64,000 nucleotides of DNA, from positions 589,334-653,333 of the forward strand of contig RDEW01000032.1 in NCBI GenBank assembly GCA_011109175.1. The letters run 5' to 3'. This document shows positions 26,330 to 39,545 of this stretch, piece by piece. The notes under the pieces were generated by a model. That model had not been told where the DNA came from, ran no database searches, and saw nothing but the letters and a program-made list of their open reading frames with translations. The translations under genes and the position numbers were made by a program. Source of the stretch: Dicyema japonicum (Eukaryota; Animalia; Dicyemida). Each line of letters begins with the position of its first letter. The stretch's first letter is position 1.

Positions 26330-26700
26330 TGGTAATTGGGAATGGGAGGTCACAGAGAAACATGTTGAATAGCATTGGTGACAACGATGATTTTTGTGGA
26401 ACTGCAATTGGAAGGTATCGTGGTTTTCATTTTTGGTTGTCTACCACCACTTGGCCCATTCGACCGTTGATAAAATTAGCCAACCATGAGTTGAATTTAA
26501 AGTGGATCGATGTCATAAGAATCTTCAAGGATACTGAGTAATAAGCCTTTTCAACATCTACGAGACCAACACGGTTCTTCGCGTGGGTTGGTGTATTCAG
26601 GCCGTATGAAGTGAATAGGACCAGTTTTGTTAAGTGAGTTGTTGAGTGTCCATCGCGGAATCCGTGTAGAAAAGATGGTAAAGTTACGAAAGGACAGATC
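26330..26700 (-). mobile_element. LINE RT fragment
   Basis: GFRDGHSTT, GLVDVEKAYYSV, WLANFINGR. Confidence 0.75.
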
Positions 26701-27049
26701 TTGAAAAGGGGCTGTTTTTCGAACACTCGTAATAAGGCACAGATTATACCCAATGTCTGGCCAGAATCAAGACAATCCAACGATTTTTTTCCGAGGGAAA
26801 TGTTGTTACCTGGAGACAAGTTCTGGAACGAATCAGGATAAGAAGTTAATTAGTTTAGTTACTTATGGTCTTTGGAATAATTTAATTTAAATAAACATCT
26901 ATTTTGAGTGTCCAATCGAGAATTTTTTTAAATTGAACGCATTCCCACTTCATTCCCGGAACTCATATTTCATCATGGTTTTAGATAGGACTATAGACTA
27001 CGTCATGTTTAACGTCTCTAAATTTATATGAAATGGCATCCTTGACTGT

Positions 27050-27350
27050 CTTTTAAGAATTTGACCAGACAGATTTCAACGTTTCTCTGACTAAACACAC
27101 GTATGGATAATGAGGAGCATTTTTCATTCATTCTTTATCCACATTAGCTATATCATTCTATGAGGAACCTAATAGTCAAGTTCTTTCACTTCTAGTGTTG
27201 ATATTTTCTATATGCCGAATTATAGCTAAGAATCTGTTTCACAAAGGCGTCATAAAGTCTTAATTTTCTCACAATTATTGTCGATAGTCTCTAGTAAATG
27301 TTTAAAGGACTCTACCAGTTTTCTCTTCATCTCTGCATTTTTTTTTCCGC
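27050..27350 (-). mobile_element. RTE-like LINE thumb relic
   Basis: KLRLYDAFVKQILSYN parallels KLMIYKYFVVPILIYN at 44432. Confidence 0.45.
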
Positions 27351-27921
27351 CAATAAAATAGAATGTCTGCTACTCATAACTTATGTTTTTAATCACAACA
27401 ACCACAAAAATAATCTATTTATTTATCTCCAAGACCACGAAGAAAGATACGTCAAAACTAACTAATTAGGTGACAAATATAATCTTGATTTTCATATTGT
27501 CACTGTAAATATACAAAATTATTATTTCGTTTTTTTAATTTCAACGAAGTAATGATTTTTTGGGTTAGCATTCATCTTAGAATCCGCATTTTCTTCTTGT
27601 TTGGCCAGAAAAATGACTTCTGTTTCCGTAGTCTTCTAAAGCTGTCCAATTCATAATAGAAAAACGATCACTGAATTTTTGAGAAGAGTTTAGTGAGCCT
27701 GGATTTTTTTGTTACAGCACAAGACTTAAATTGGATCATTCTCCAATTAGTGTTAGGGATATTGAAAATCGAAACTGAAAATCATCAAGTGAGTGAACAA
27801 ATAACAGATATCATAACTTACATAGCATAGCTTCACCAGAAAAATATACTCAGAAAGGATAATGGTGTTTCGAATCACTGGACCATCAAGAAGATCATGA
27901 TGAAATACATAATATCATCAC

Positions 27922-28745
27922 TTAAGATTCTATCGAGATTCTCAATCGTTTGCTTAACACGTAAATTGCTAATGACAGAATGGTGATAGTGGAGAGAAAG
28001 ATTCCAAAGAATATTTTGACTAACTTCAATTGAACCTTTTAAAAATCAACCTTTAAATTAACCTTTTTGTATTTCTTTAGAAGATATGCTCATCCTTTCA
28101 TGTTCAAAATTAGGTTTCCTGTAAAAATACGAAATCTAACTTTAAAGTAATGTTAAAAGAATCTGAAAATAAAGGTATTTGGAAACTCATATCAATAAAT
28201 GAATTCAGGTCTTTTTAATAATTGACAAATAAAGTAACCTATTTGACATAATCCATGTTGAGTTTCATTTTCATTAATACTTCTCATTTACCAGTACAAT
28301 GCTGCATAACTGCTGTATGAGGCAACTTTATTGATGTCATATTTTCTTTTCATCGAATGATTCCCAATTTTGAAAAACCTGTCCTAGCGGAAGCATTAAT
28401 AAATACACTTCGGTAATAATACCTGAGTTTATATTTATAGAAAACACTGTAAGCAAATTCATTCTCTGAATTACTTTTAATCTTTAAAAGGTGGCAAACT
28501 TTCTTTCACATTCTTGGATCATATCCTCAATAGTCATATATTCTATTATTAGCACATTATAGATGATTGTTATTGTCGTAAAAATATTTTATATACCTTG
28601 TTTGACTTATATACGACGTTTCATTGTATGTTCTGGTCTTTATAACAAAATTGCTTTCACCAATTCCACTAAAAGTATTATCTGAAACTAAAAATGCATC
28701 AAAACCTTTTTCACAAAATAACTGTATTAGGCCATAGTAGGCGTT
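27922..28745 (-). pseudogene. C-type lectin transmembrane receptor, partial paralogue A
   Basis: Aligns with 32141-32990; KSNSENEFAYS lectin segment, TM FGIFLSTITILSLAIYVL; indels. Confidence 0.65.
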
Positions 28746-29149
28746 GTTGTAGTTTTTGGTGTAACTCCTCGTATAGTTTCTTGATATAATTTTAAAAGTA
28801 AACCAATTATAGCTGAAAATTTATTCTTGAAATCATTTTCGTTAATTCCTTTTGTTAGATTTTCTAGTAATTCTATTTTCCTGGATAATTTAATTTTCAG
28901 TTGTTTGTTTGAATAATTGTTAAAACAAAATCTTCATAAGTTTTGTTAAAACCCTTATATAATGAATTTATTAAAATTTTAACTTGATTTAGAATCAAAA
29001 GAATTTCTTCTGTATCCTCAAAACTAAAAAAATCAAGAAGTAGTAATTTAATACCTATAATTAGTTAAATTACTAACAAAACGCATCTAATACTGTTCCT
29101 GAATTTATCAACAAAGATTATCAATAAATTTCTGGGGTAAACGAGATTG

Positions 29150-29475
29150 TGGCTTAGTGGTTAGGGTGTCGGGCTTAAGTGGCTTAGGCTACGGGTTCGA
29201 ATCTCCCTGCTGTTCACCTGGTGGAAGGTTCCACGCAATCTACGATGCAGAAAGGGTTTGACGAGTGACGCCGTCATCAGTGAATACTCACTGCGGAACT
29301 GGATTGTCTAGAAAGGACACTCACACAAGAAAAGAAAAAAAGAAATGAAGATCATTCCTGGTTCTACGATTAGTTAAAACTAACTGTTCTTTTACTTAAA
29401 TAAAGTGTGTGTCCCTGCCTATGCGGAGCTATAAATACTATGGCTCTCGTGAAAAGGCTTTATTATTATTATTAT
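29150..29475 (+). mobile_element. tRNA-derived SINE, copy 2, with TSD
   Basis: A box TGGCTTAGTGG, B box GGTTCGAATC, (TTA)n tail, 13-bp TSD TAAACGAGATTGT (29138-29150, 29476-29488; the final T of the left copy is also the first base of the A box). Confidence 0.93.
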
Positions 29476-29814
29476 TAAACGAGATTGTATATTTGAAAAT
29501 CAGCAAAAGAAGCAACATTTCATTAATTATCGCCAAAGGCATTAAATAATTAAAAATAGGTTAAAATCTGTGTACGGAAATATCAATTTCAAATCTATGT
29601 ACGGAAATATCAAGTAAAATCAATAACTACCAGTCTTTTGAATCTCCGTCAGAGACCGCAGTAGATTCATGTCTTCATAGGATTCAGTTTATTCACTATC
29701 CTGGAAATTAGACACAAATTTTACCGGATTTTGCTAAAATTGGATTTTTAATAATTTTAAAATAAATTTGCTCTCTTTATTATTTTTTTTGAATCAAAAA
29801 AACCACCGTCATAA

Positions 29815-30300
29815 TCAAAAATAAACAAAATTCAGGTGATCCCAGCTTCCCTCAACAGTCTCCGCATCTTTTCTCGGTGCTCCGACTGCGTTCCTGCGCA
29901 TTTCCGATATGGACCGGGGTCCGCATACCCGAGTCTTTCGCAGGGGCACTAATCCAAGCTGTATATCGAATCGTGAAATTCTTAAACATGGAGCCCTATA
30001 ATCTCTTGAGCAAATGTCGAGATCACAGTTATTCAGAAAAGACGTAGAAAACAGTGGATAACTAAAAAGCAACTATTGTTACCAAACACTCTGGAAACGT
30101 TCAGTTATATCGATGAACACGTCGGAAAGAAATCCAAGCCTCAGGGAACGTCTTTTGACAGATAACAATAACGAGAGTAGTTTGACATATAAAATAGGAT
30201 CGTCAAAAGGCTGTTAAAAGTGAGTAACCTCATTTTTAGACGTAATAGGATATCGATGGCAAGTATTCTTTAATCAGAACATGTACCTATGATTTCATAA
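29815..30300 (-). mobile_element. I-group LINE 3' fragment
   Basis: Ends EKMRRLLREAGIT*. Confidence 0.65.
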
Positions 30301-30856
30301 GGTTTGTTGATTTCGATGATGCAATTGTGGAGGTTTATGATTACCTAATATGTTCGAAATTATCAAAGTTATGAGTTGTGTAGAGTTGATAGTTGTGTTG
30401 GGATTCAATAAATGAGAACGGTTAGATAACTCATTCCACAATTTATAGACAACTGACAAGAGAATAATAAGAAGAGGATGATCACGGTTAGGTTTCACAA
30501 TATAAACGATTGTGGACTTTTAGAAAATTTAATAATATTTTTAGTGTGAGAATTCTTTGGACATAATTTTCAGACGGTGAATGACTAGACTATCTAGTCC
30601 TCTTGCATTAAAATTCATAGAGTTTGTGAAAAGTTTTGACACAAGGGGTTGTAGGACATTGATTAGTTCTAGATTTTTCTGAGAACGAATCTATGGAGTA
30701 GGAAGGACTGATCCTCAAAATCACATAATGTTGACCAGCTCGCGAGAAAACATTTTACAGACTTGTTTTTAAATAATCCAAAAATGATTCAGAATATATG
30801 GTTGAGGTGACGTGCCTCTTAAAAATGATTTCTGGAAAACACGGACACATATGGAT

Positions 30857-31075
30857 TAACCTCTCTCTTGATGTTCAACGTCAGGAGACTCTCCAACACA
30901 TGGAAAAGAATAGAAATATGAGAAGACCTCTCGAGATACATAGTATTCCTCGGATGTCTTCAAGAGACAAAATTAACAAACAGGATAGAAAAACAACACG
31001 GAAATTTAATGTTAATCTTACTTCCTGGAGGTACCTGGCACTGTGGGTTGGGATTCGCTGTAAGGAATGAAGAAT
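30857..31075 (+). mobile_element. RTE-like AP endonuclease N-terminal fragment
   Basis: FNVRRL...GCLQETK...HCGLGFAV parallels FNTRGL...CIQKTK...HYGLGFAV at 42070-42260. Confidence 0.7.
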
Positions 31076-31630
31076 TTACTATTACTGGAGTGTAATCGAC
31101 AGAATTTGGATACTATCAATAAACTGGACAATCTTAACCCTACCAAGAGTTACCTAACCATCATAAACACTCTCCACAGTTGCTAGCATAATAAGAACCC
31201 TGAGGTGGTCGAAGACCTTCTAATCTGTCGGCTGCCTACATCTTGCCAGACACGAGACAACGTGGTCAGCGTACAGGAAAAATGCAGGACCTCCTTAAAA
31301 TGGACAATAAAATTTTTTTACTATCACGTGGCGCCATGTGGTGCTGCATGGCTAATTGGTTGAATTTTTCTGTTTGCTTGTCTGTTCCTCCTCTCTCTTC
31401 CAATTGGAGTGGCGTCATGTGAGCCATCTGTCTAGGTGGCGCCCAGTTCCTGGCTGGCACGAAAAAGAATTATTTGCTCTCCCCCGCTCCACTGGAAAGG
31501 TTTCTACAACTTTTACCTTTATGTTGATTCCTGATGGACTTAGTTGTGTAGAAGTGGAAACTGAATACACTTAATTAGTTATTTACTTTAAATTTTTTCT
31601 CGATGTATCCGGGGTTAATAAATAAATCAA
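31076..31630 (+). mobile_element. LINE 3' end with ~300-bp 3' UTR and (TAAA)n tail
   Basis: 31320-31625 aligns with the reverse complement of 35307-35624; ends CCGGGGTTAATAAATAAAT. Confidence 0.6.
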
Positions 31631-32140
31631 AAGGGCAGGAGACATGCCTTACCACACAAATCGTGAAGGGGAATTGCGTCTTTGATTTTGATAGGATTCT
31701 CAGTAAATTGAAAGATTTCTAAAATCAAAATGCTCCTGAGAGCAATGCTAGGTCACTCTCCGCTATTCACCGACAATTTGACCCCTCAATATTGTCCTAG
31801 GTAAGTGATTGTGGTAAACAGCCATTTCCATTCTTCCATGGGCATGGTGAACACAATCCAAGAAGTCGCAAATAGACCATCGGTCTTATTCCGAGTAAGC
31901 GATTGCTAACTTTTGCTGAATTTGATCAAAGATTAAATTCAATGTTTTAGAGACTGTTGATCGGTCCTGTTGTCAATACAAGCAAACTTTCAAATATTTG
32001 TCGGGAAAAGGAGAGGTTATGTTTGTTGACTACGATTGTAGTTATTTTTTTCACGAACAGATTCCCACAGGAAACCTATAATCAGTATTTTAGTTCGCAT
32101 TTATGATTGATAAATAAAAATTAACAGGAACCAGAATTTA

Positions 32141-33430
32141 TTAACCACTTATCGAGAGATTATAGTTATTAGTTTGCGATGTTTTAAGAAAGTCGAATAT
32201 TTGTCTCAATCGTTTGCTTAACAAGTAAATTGCTAATGACAGAATGGTGAAAGTGGAGAAAAAGATTCCGAAGAATATTTTGACTAACTTCAATTGAACC
32301 TTTTAAAATCAACCTTAAATTAACCTTTTTGTATTCTCTAGAAGAATGCTCATTTTTCATGTTCAGAATTAGGTTTCCTGTTAAAAATACAAAATCTAAC
32401 TTGAAAGATATGTTAAAAGAATCTGAAAATAAAGGTATTTGGAAACTCATATCAATAAATGAATTCAGGTCTTTTTAATAATTGACAAATATGGTAACCT
32501 ATTTGACATAATCCATATTGAGTTTCATTTTCATTAATAATTCTCCATTTACCAGTACAATGCTGCATAACTGCTGTATGATGACTTTATTGGATGTCAC
32601 AATTTCTTTTTCATCGAAAGATTCCCAATTTTGAAAACCTGTCTTAGCGGAAACATCAATAAATACACTTTGGGTAATAATATCTGAGTTTATATTTATA
32701 GAAAATACTGTAAGCAAATTTATTATCTGAATTACTTTCAACCCTTGAAAGGGTGGCAGACTTCTTTCACATTCTTGGATCATATCCTCAATAGTCATAT
32801 ATTTCATTATTAGCATATAGATGATGTCATTGTCGTAAAAATATTTTATATACCCTTGTTGACTTATATACGACGTTTCATTGTGTTCTGGTCTTTATAG
32901 CAAAATTTCTTACAATAATTCCACCATAAGTATTATCTGAACTAATAATGCATCAAACCATTTTCACAAATAACTGTATTAGGCATAGTCTTAATTTGAA
33001 CTCGCATTTTTAAAGAACAATGATCTACTTTTAATCCGTAAGTATATTTTAGGTTGAACCCATCTGTAATGTTCACAAAAGGCTAATTTATTATTGAAAT
33101 TCCTAACCATAAGAGATCCATTAAATAAAGTAGATCCATTATTTGAAATTATTCCGTTTATCCAAAAATCTTTTCCAGCTATGACTAATTTAATAACTCT
33201 AAAACCATACAGGACAGAAACTCGAGTTCATTTTGGCTATTAATGATCACCAAATAAGAAGGCAGTATACATAGCTTACTTGAGGATATTTGATCAAGTT
33301 TAATGGTCGAGATGAAATAACTTTTACCCTTATAATTAAATTTTTCACCATCGTCTAATAAACTTGTTAACATCGATTTACCAGTTTGAGTCGCTGAATA
33401 GTCCAAAAAAAGAATATACAAGTATAACAT
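32141..33430 (-). CDS. signal peptide + two C-type lectin domains + TM + short tail (paralogue B), micro-introns, several indels
   Basis: MLYLYILFLDYSATQ; FNYKGKSYF...YLVIINSQNELEFL; FWING; VICE; second domain MIQECER..ATLSRVESNSDNKF; TM IFFGIFFSTFTILSLAIYLL. GT-AG introns of about 24-27 nt. Confidence 0.7.
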
Positions 33431-34854
33431 TTCCACATTGAAGCGAAATCTGATTTATAAATGAAATCTATTTTCAGGAATTTAAAAAAATGTGTCAATT
33501 TTCATGAATGCGCTTATTTTGCTAACATAACGAGATTGACAGGACATGTCTCTTGATTTACAATTTACTAAATATAATTTATCCAATGTTGTGGATCGTT
33601 TTTTTCGAAAATAGATTTACACGAACATTCCTGCGAAATAAATGTATTGAAAGCAGGAAAGTCGTCTTGTGGTTGTAAGAAATCACGGGAAAAAGTGTTA
33701 TGGCTGCCATTATCATTGGGAATCCTGATTCCTGACTAATCTGCATTCTCTCATGTTTATCGATTATATCGTTTGTTCTTTTTAACTGAATTGGTGTCTG
33801 CATTGATTGCGCCATGAAGCTAAAAATCGGGATAACTCTTAGAGGAAAATGGAACCTTAACTATATTCTTTAGATAAATCTCATATTTTCTCAATTTCTC
33901 CAATTCAACTTGTTGTAAATTCTCTGACGACGTTATTTCCACATCAAAAAGGATGGGGATTATTCGGCACATACTAAGGATGAATCATGCTTTTCCTGCT
34001 TACAATATTATGAAATAATACTTCCTCTGCTCAGGAGATTTTAGAATTAAGTAACGAACAACTTTGCCATCAATAATGAAAATCGATATTAAACATGTCA
34101 AACAGAATTAGAAGACGCAGATAACCTAGATTAAGGATGTCAAACACGCGTCCCGCACAAGGATTGTTATATAGTCGACGACATATAACCCTTATACTCT
34201 CCTCATTAGAATGATACCACCAGGAAAAGCAGTAAATTTCTGTTAATGGGGTCAAATTGAAAGGCAGTGGTTATGAGCGTTAAATATCTAGAAGATCTAC
34301 GAACAGATGCACACAACAGAGGCTTATTGCTATTGATGATACCGTTGACACCACTGAAATACCACATCTTGAAGTTTTTATCCCTGTGATAGTAAATTTA
34401 ATATTTATGAAGAACAGATTGAACTGATTCAATACATGACATTACAACAAGCGAAACATGTCTGAAAAAGTCTAAAAGATTCTTCCTGCTTATGATTTTG
34501 ATTTGAGAAACTTTCATGTTTATCTACTGATGCAGAACCAAGCAATTTTATGTGTGGCCTGCTTGTATACTCAAATTATCTTGTGGGCCGTGGATCTCTT
34601 TGAGTTCGATATGCCTGATCTAGACAGCCACCGAAAAATCGAGTCTCAAAAAAAGCGTAGAGGAGTCTAACAGACAGAATCATCCGTGGGTGGCACAAGC
34701 GACGTGAAGGATATAATTTTCTTACTGCGAATGAGCATTTTAATAATACTTTTGTGCTATTATTGTTTTCTGAAATCTATCCACTATGTGCGTTGACATC
34801 ATTATTCTCAATATCCATTCGCATAAACGATACATAATAATTTACATTTAATCG

Positions 34855-35110
34855 TATCCAATACTTTACTAAGAGCCATATTACCTATAGCTCTTCCCAG
34901 GTAGGACACAAACTTTACTAAAGAACGGTTATCATAACTAATCTTAGAGGGAAAACCAAAAAATTCCTTGCATTTCTTTTTTTCTTTTTGTGCATATAAG
35001 TCATTTTGTAGACGATCAGGTAATGCAGTGAAATGTTCCTTGATGACGGCGTCACTCGTCAAGCCAAGTGTGGAACCTTCGACCGAAATATACAGAAGCG
35101 AGATTCTAAC
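34855..35110 (-). mobile_element. diverged copy of the tRNA-SINE family
   Basis: Shares GAAGGTTCCAC, TTGACGAGTGACGCCGTCATCA, an A-rich block and the GAGCTATA..TATGGCTCT 3' motif. Confidence 0.75.
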
Positions 35111-35306
35111 TCATGCCTCTTGTCCGAAACTCGTTACACTGCGAATCTAATAATTGTTGATTATTAATACTCTTGAATAACTACACGTTAATGCTCTCTT
35201 TATCTAAAATCCATATTTGTTCAAGGAGGAGGTTCGATTATCTTCTGGGAATTCTCGTGAGCTTTTGTTTTATGACACAAACCATTTGGAACATTAACCC
35301 AGCTTC

Positions 35307-35624
35307 TTTTATTAACCCGGATACACCGAGAAAGATATTAACAATGAACAACTAAGTGTATCCAGTTTTCCATTGTTACAGAAACATATTCTTCCAAACA
35401 CAAATATACTCGGAACTAGCATAAAGGTAAAAGATGTCCATCCCTTCAAGTGGAAAGGGGGAAAGCAAATGCCAGCCTGGTACTGGAAGTTAACTGAGAC
35501 AGGTGGATCACATGAAGCCACTCTAATAAGAGAAAAAAGAAGAGAACAGACAAAACAAACAGAAAAATTTAACTAATTAACCGTGTAGCACTACATGGCA
35601 CGACACTGAGATTTAAAAAATCAT
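35307..35624 (-). mobile_element. LINE 3'-UTR-only insertion with TSD
   Basis: 8-bp flanking repeat CCAGCTTC (35299-35306, 35625-35632); homologous to 31320-31625. Confidence 0.7.
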
Positions 35625-36289
35625 CCAGCTTCAGAAGAACAGACAAAATAATTGATAGTAGCCAAAAATGCAACTCTTCTAAAATGGGTATAAGTCATCA
35701 TTGATGATAAATAAAACAACATACATTGAGATTAACTTTATTTTTATTACTGTATGTTCATCGACCAAGATAATATTATATGCTACGTGGTGTGCATATA
35801 CGTTTCAGTTGGAAATAATGAAGCGAATCCCCGGGGCCTTCTTGTTAAATAAAATAGCAAGAATAGTATGACGGAGGGAAGACAATCGTCTATGGAGATG
35901 AATGACGTCACGAGAAATAATATTATCGAAAACCAGAATATTGGTGATCATGATGTTCCCTTTTAGCCAGCATCTAAAGATGTTATTTGTGTTTCTGGAG
36001 CTGGATGGGTGTTTGAGATAGTTTATGCTGCGAAACAGAGATTTGGGAGGATCTATAAAGGTGAATAGAGCCTTATTTTTAATCAGTTAAATGCGAAATA
36101 TTCGAAGAGTTCAAATCTGTGTCAGCTGAAAAAGTAGGTCAAACAAATAAAAAGGGATTGAAAAACAAAATTGTGGAAATGTGGAAGTTTTTAATTTTAA
36201 AAAGTGTTTATAAGAAATTAAATTCCAAGTTAAGGAAATTAAGTCAATCCCAAAGAATACTCGAAAACCAACACCCAAAATTCAGAGGC

Positions 36290-36530
36290 GACGGGTCATA
36301 CAAAAAAATGGAATCTTAACATGGCTTTTAATGTACTAAAATTAATCGAATAATTAATGGGGAATATATGGCAGAAAGTTGGTTTTATACTAACCTATTT
36401 AATTACTAAAAAGGATGATTTTGAGAGTTACGTCCGAATACGTGTATGCCAACATTATATAAGCTTGCTACCAAATATGTTAATGCCAAACTCTCAGATT
36501 TTGTAAATTCGTTTGGGCTATTATCTGACA
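36290..36530 (+). mobile_element. R4/Dong-like RT fragment
   Basis: IINGEYMAESWF..YLI.KK..RPNTCMPTLYKL.TK.VN parallels 54859-55452. Confidence 0.75.
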
Positions 36531-36559
36531 CCTTACTGATCTTCTCACTAAGTCGCCTT

Positions 36560-38640
36560 ACTGGTCTTCCTCAATAAACTTGGTCGAAGCCCGACTGATG
36601 CTCTCCGGAGATATAAATTCAAATCCTGGGCCATCAAAAACCCTTGTCCTATTAAAACTAAACATAAACCGAATTAGAGGGAAGGTCCTCGAACTCAAGG
36701 GGTTTCTAAAAAACAGGACACAGAAATTTGCTTTCTTCAAAAAACTAGACAATCTTCCTCCAAACCCACCCCAGCTCTCCCAGGCTACAACGCCTTTCTT
36801 CCCGCGGTGGTGGAGTCATTATACTTATCGAGAAGGAAATCCCTTTCACGGTAAAAGTAAATAGCCACATTACCTTTCCAGTTGAATACAGCACATTTTC
36901 AATTTCAACAAACATTGGATACCTTACTGTATTGAACATGTATGTACCCCCTTCAAGAACCTTTCCCAAAGGATTCAGTTTCTCACTTCCAGATGTCGAC
37001 TATACCAATAACCCATTGTTATGTGGAGACTTGAACTCGAAGCATCCGATGTGGTTCAAAAACCAGCCGCCAGAGAAAATCCACNTTTCCCAAAGGATTC
37101 AGTTTCTCACTTCCAGATGTCGACTATACCAATAACCCATTGTTATGTGGAGACTTGAACTCGAAGCATCCGATGTGGTTCAAAAACCAGCCGCCAGAGA
37201 AAATCCACTTATATGGTTTTAACCCTAACAGCTTCAATTTTACTTCAATAGTGTAGTGCTTGAGGGTATGAGTACTTTATCAAAAGAAAGTCAATTCATT
37301 TCACGAAGAAGCCTTCTCGAGCATCCGAGTCATTTTCGAAGCAATAAAATTACTTAAAAATCCTACAGATTCAATCTTGGAAAACCAGGATAAGGATTCA
37401 AGCCTTTGAGAATGAGAGATCAGAAACAAGGCCAAGATGAAAAAGGTCTAGATGGTATCCTCACAATAGTATTGATGAAGATAGCCCTTAATGCTATCAT
37501 GGCTTTCAATCGAATTTTCAACCTTTCCATCCTTACCCTAGTAAATTATCTGATATACGACCAATCTTAAATCAGGACGACCGAAGAAGTCGTCAGTTTT
37601 TTACATACATATATCTCTTCTGTGTGCTTCTTTAAAAATTCTGGAAAATTCATTCTCGATCAGATCAAGCCTTACTTCCCGGAAGTATCCTTCCAACATT
37701 GTTTTAAAAAAGCTCACTCCTACGATGCAAACCTCGACATTAAAAGACAATTATGTGTTCCATTGACATACATAAGGATTTTGACCGGATTCCAATGAAA
37801 TTATTTACCAGGCAGATTTATGGCTCTAACAATCCAAAAACTTGAAAATTTGGATTGCAAACTTCTTCAACCGACGAAGAGGAATGGTAATTTCATATTC
37901 CAGATTTTCTGTCACTAAATTTTGCCGATTGGGGTTCCACAGGGATCCCCGTCATCACCTATTCTCTTCAATCACTTTATGAACGACATGCTTTCCCATA
38001 TCAGCAACAATACTCTGATTTTCGCTTATATTGATAACATAATCCCACAACAGAAAACCAGTGTGTTTACACAGCGGATACCCGTTTACAAGATTTACTA
38101 GAAACCTGAGTTGTTGGCGCAGAAAGAACATATTACACACAAGTCCTTGAAAAGTTGAGTTCAATTATTTTTTACTTTCAATAGAAAACTGACAAACTTG
38201 GCACCTTTTGATTCCCTCCACTAACTCTATCAAAATACTAAGGATCAAATACGACTTTCATATGACTTTCAGCAAACATCTCAGCAACGCCATTTCCTCC
38301 TACCAACGAAATCTAAATTATGTAAAAACTCTACTCGGATACTACAAAAGATATTCTGTGCGGCATGGGGCAAAACCTTCTTACACGAACCTAAAGAAAA
38401 TCAATTCCTTCCAAAAATAGTGACGAGAGCCTTACAAAGATTCTTTTCGCCACTAATGCCATCTCCGTTCGAGGAACTTGTGAGGAGAACAGGAGCCCAT
38501 TTAAAACCTCCAAATTTCCGAAAAGTGGATCATCCACACAGGAAGTGTGTCGGCTCTGCAGAGTAACAACGAGAAAAGATGAGACGACTGTTTAAGGAGG
38601 CCGAGATCACCTGATGGCCCCCACTTTCATTTATTTTGTC
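36560..38640 (+). mobile_element. degenerate I-group (Ingi/Vingi-like) LINE: 2A-like motif, APE, RT relics, 3' end
   Basis: LMLSGDINSNPGP then LNINRIRGK; NMYVPP, CGDLNSKHPMW; IKILRIKYDFHMTFSKH; ends EKMRRLFKEAEIT*. Confidence 0.75.
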
Positions 38641-39545
38641 TATTATTAATGGTTTTAAATGAGTCTAATCTGAGCACATATTTAATAACCCCAATGATTT
38701 AATTAGGAAATAAAAAAAGGAAATATAACTAATTATTTATGGTCAAAGTCATTAATAAAAATCATTATAATAGAAAGGCAGCCAGTAGGCACAGTAGTTA
38801 TTGCAATTCTCGTATAAATTATAGTCTAAGTGTGGATCAGGATGCTCTGTTAGGACACGTGGTTCAAATTGAATAAAATTTGTAAAATTAGTTTGTGGCT
38901 CAAACTGGTTGAATGTGGTGAAATTTGGAATAAAATGCGACTGAAAACTTTGCTGAGGTAAATAAGTGAAATTATTGATGTTCGTATATCCAAATAGATG
39001 ACACGTGGGTTGAATAAAATTATCATTTCTCATGTTGATTTGTNTACTCCCAGGGAACTCGTTCGCAATCCACGCAGCAGGCTTCCTCAACTGACATTTG
39101 TTTAATTGTTAAAAAAATTTTGTTTAAAAAAAATTATGTAAAAACTATAATAGCTATTATGGGATAAAACCTTCTTACACAAACCTAAAGAAAATCAATT
39201 CCTTCCAAAAATAGTGACGAGAGCCTTACAAAGATTCTTTTTTCCACTAATGTCATTTCCGTTCGAGGAACTTGTGAAGAGAACATGAGCCCATTTAAAA
39301 CCTCCAAATTTCCGAAAAGCAGATCATCCACACAGGAAGTGTGTCGGCTCTGCAGAGTAACAACGAGAAAAGATGAGACGACTGTTTAAGGAGGCCGAGA
39401 TCACCTGATGGCCCCCACTCTCATTTATTTTGTCTATTATTAATGGTTTTAAATGAGTCTAATCTGAGCACATATTTAATAACCCCAATGATTTAATTAG
39501 GAAATAAAAAAAGGAAATATAACTAATTATTTATGGTCAAAGTCA

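Noticed and set aside
29150-29225. tRNA gene
   Set aside because: A and B boxes are present but there is no full cloverleaf; it continues into a repeated body with tail and TSD, so it is a SINE head.
33500-34720. Possible decayed kinase (VWPACILKLSCG, NHPWV) or other gene
   Set aside because: No recognisable HRD, DFG or APE motifs; not supportable by eye.
36961-37209. Exact ~124-bp direct duplication
   Set aside because: The two copies abut a single N at 37085, which points to a scaffold-join overlap artefact.
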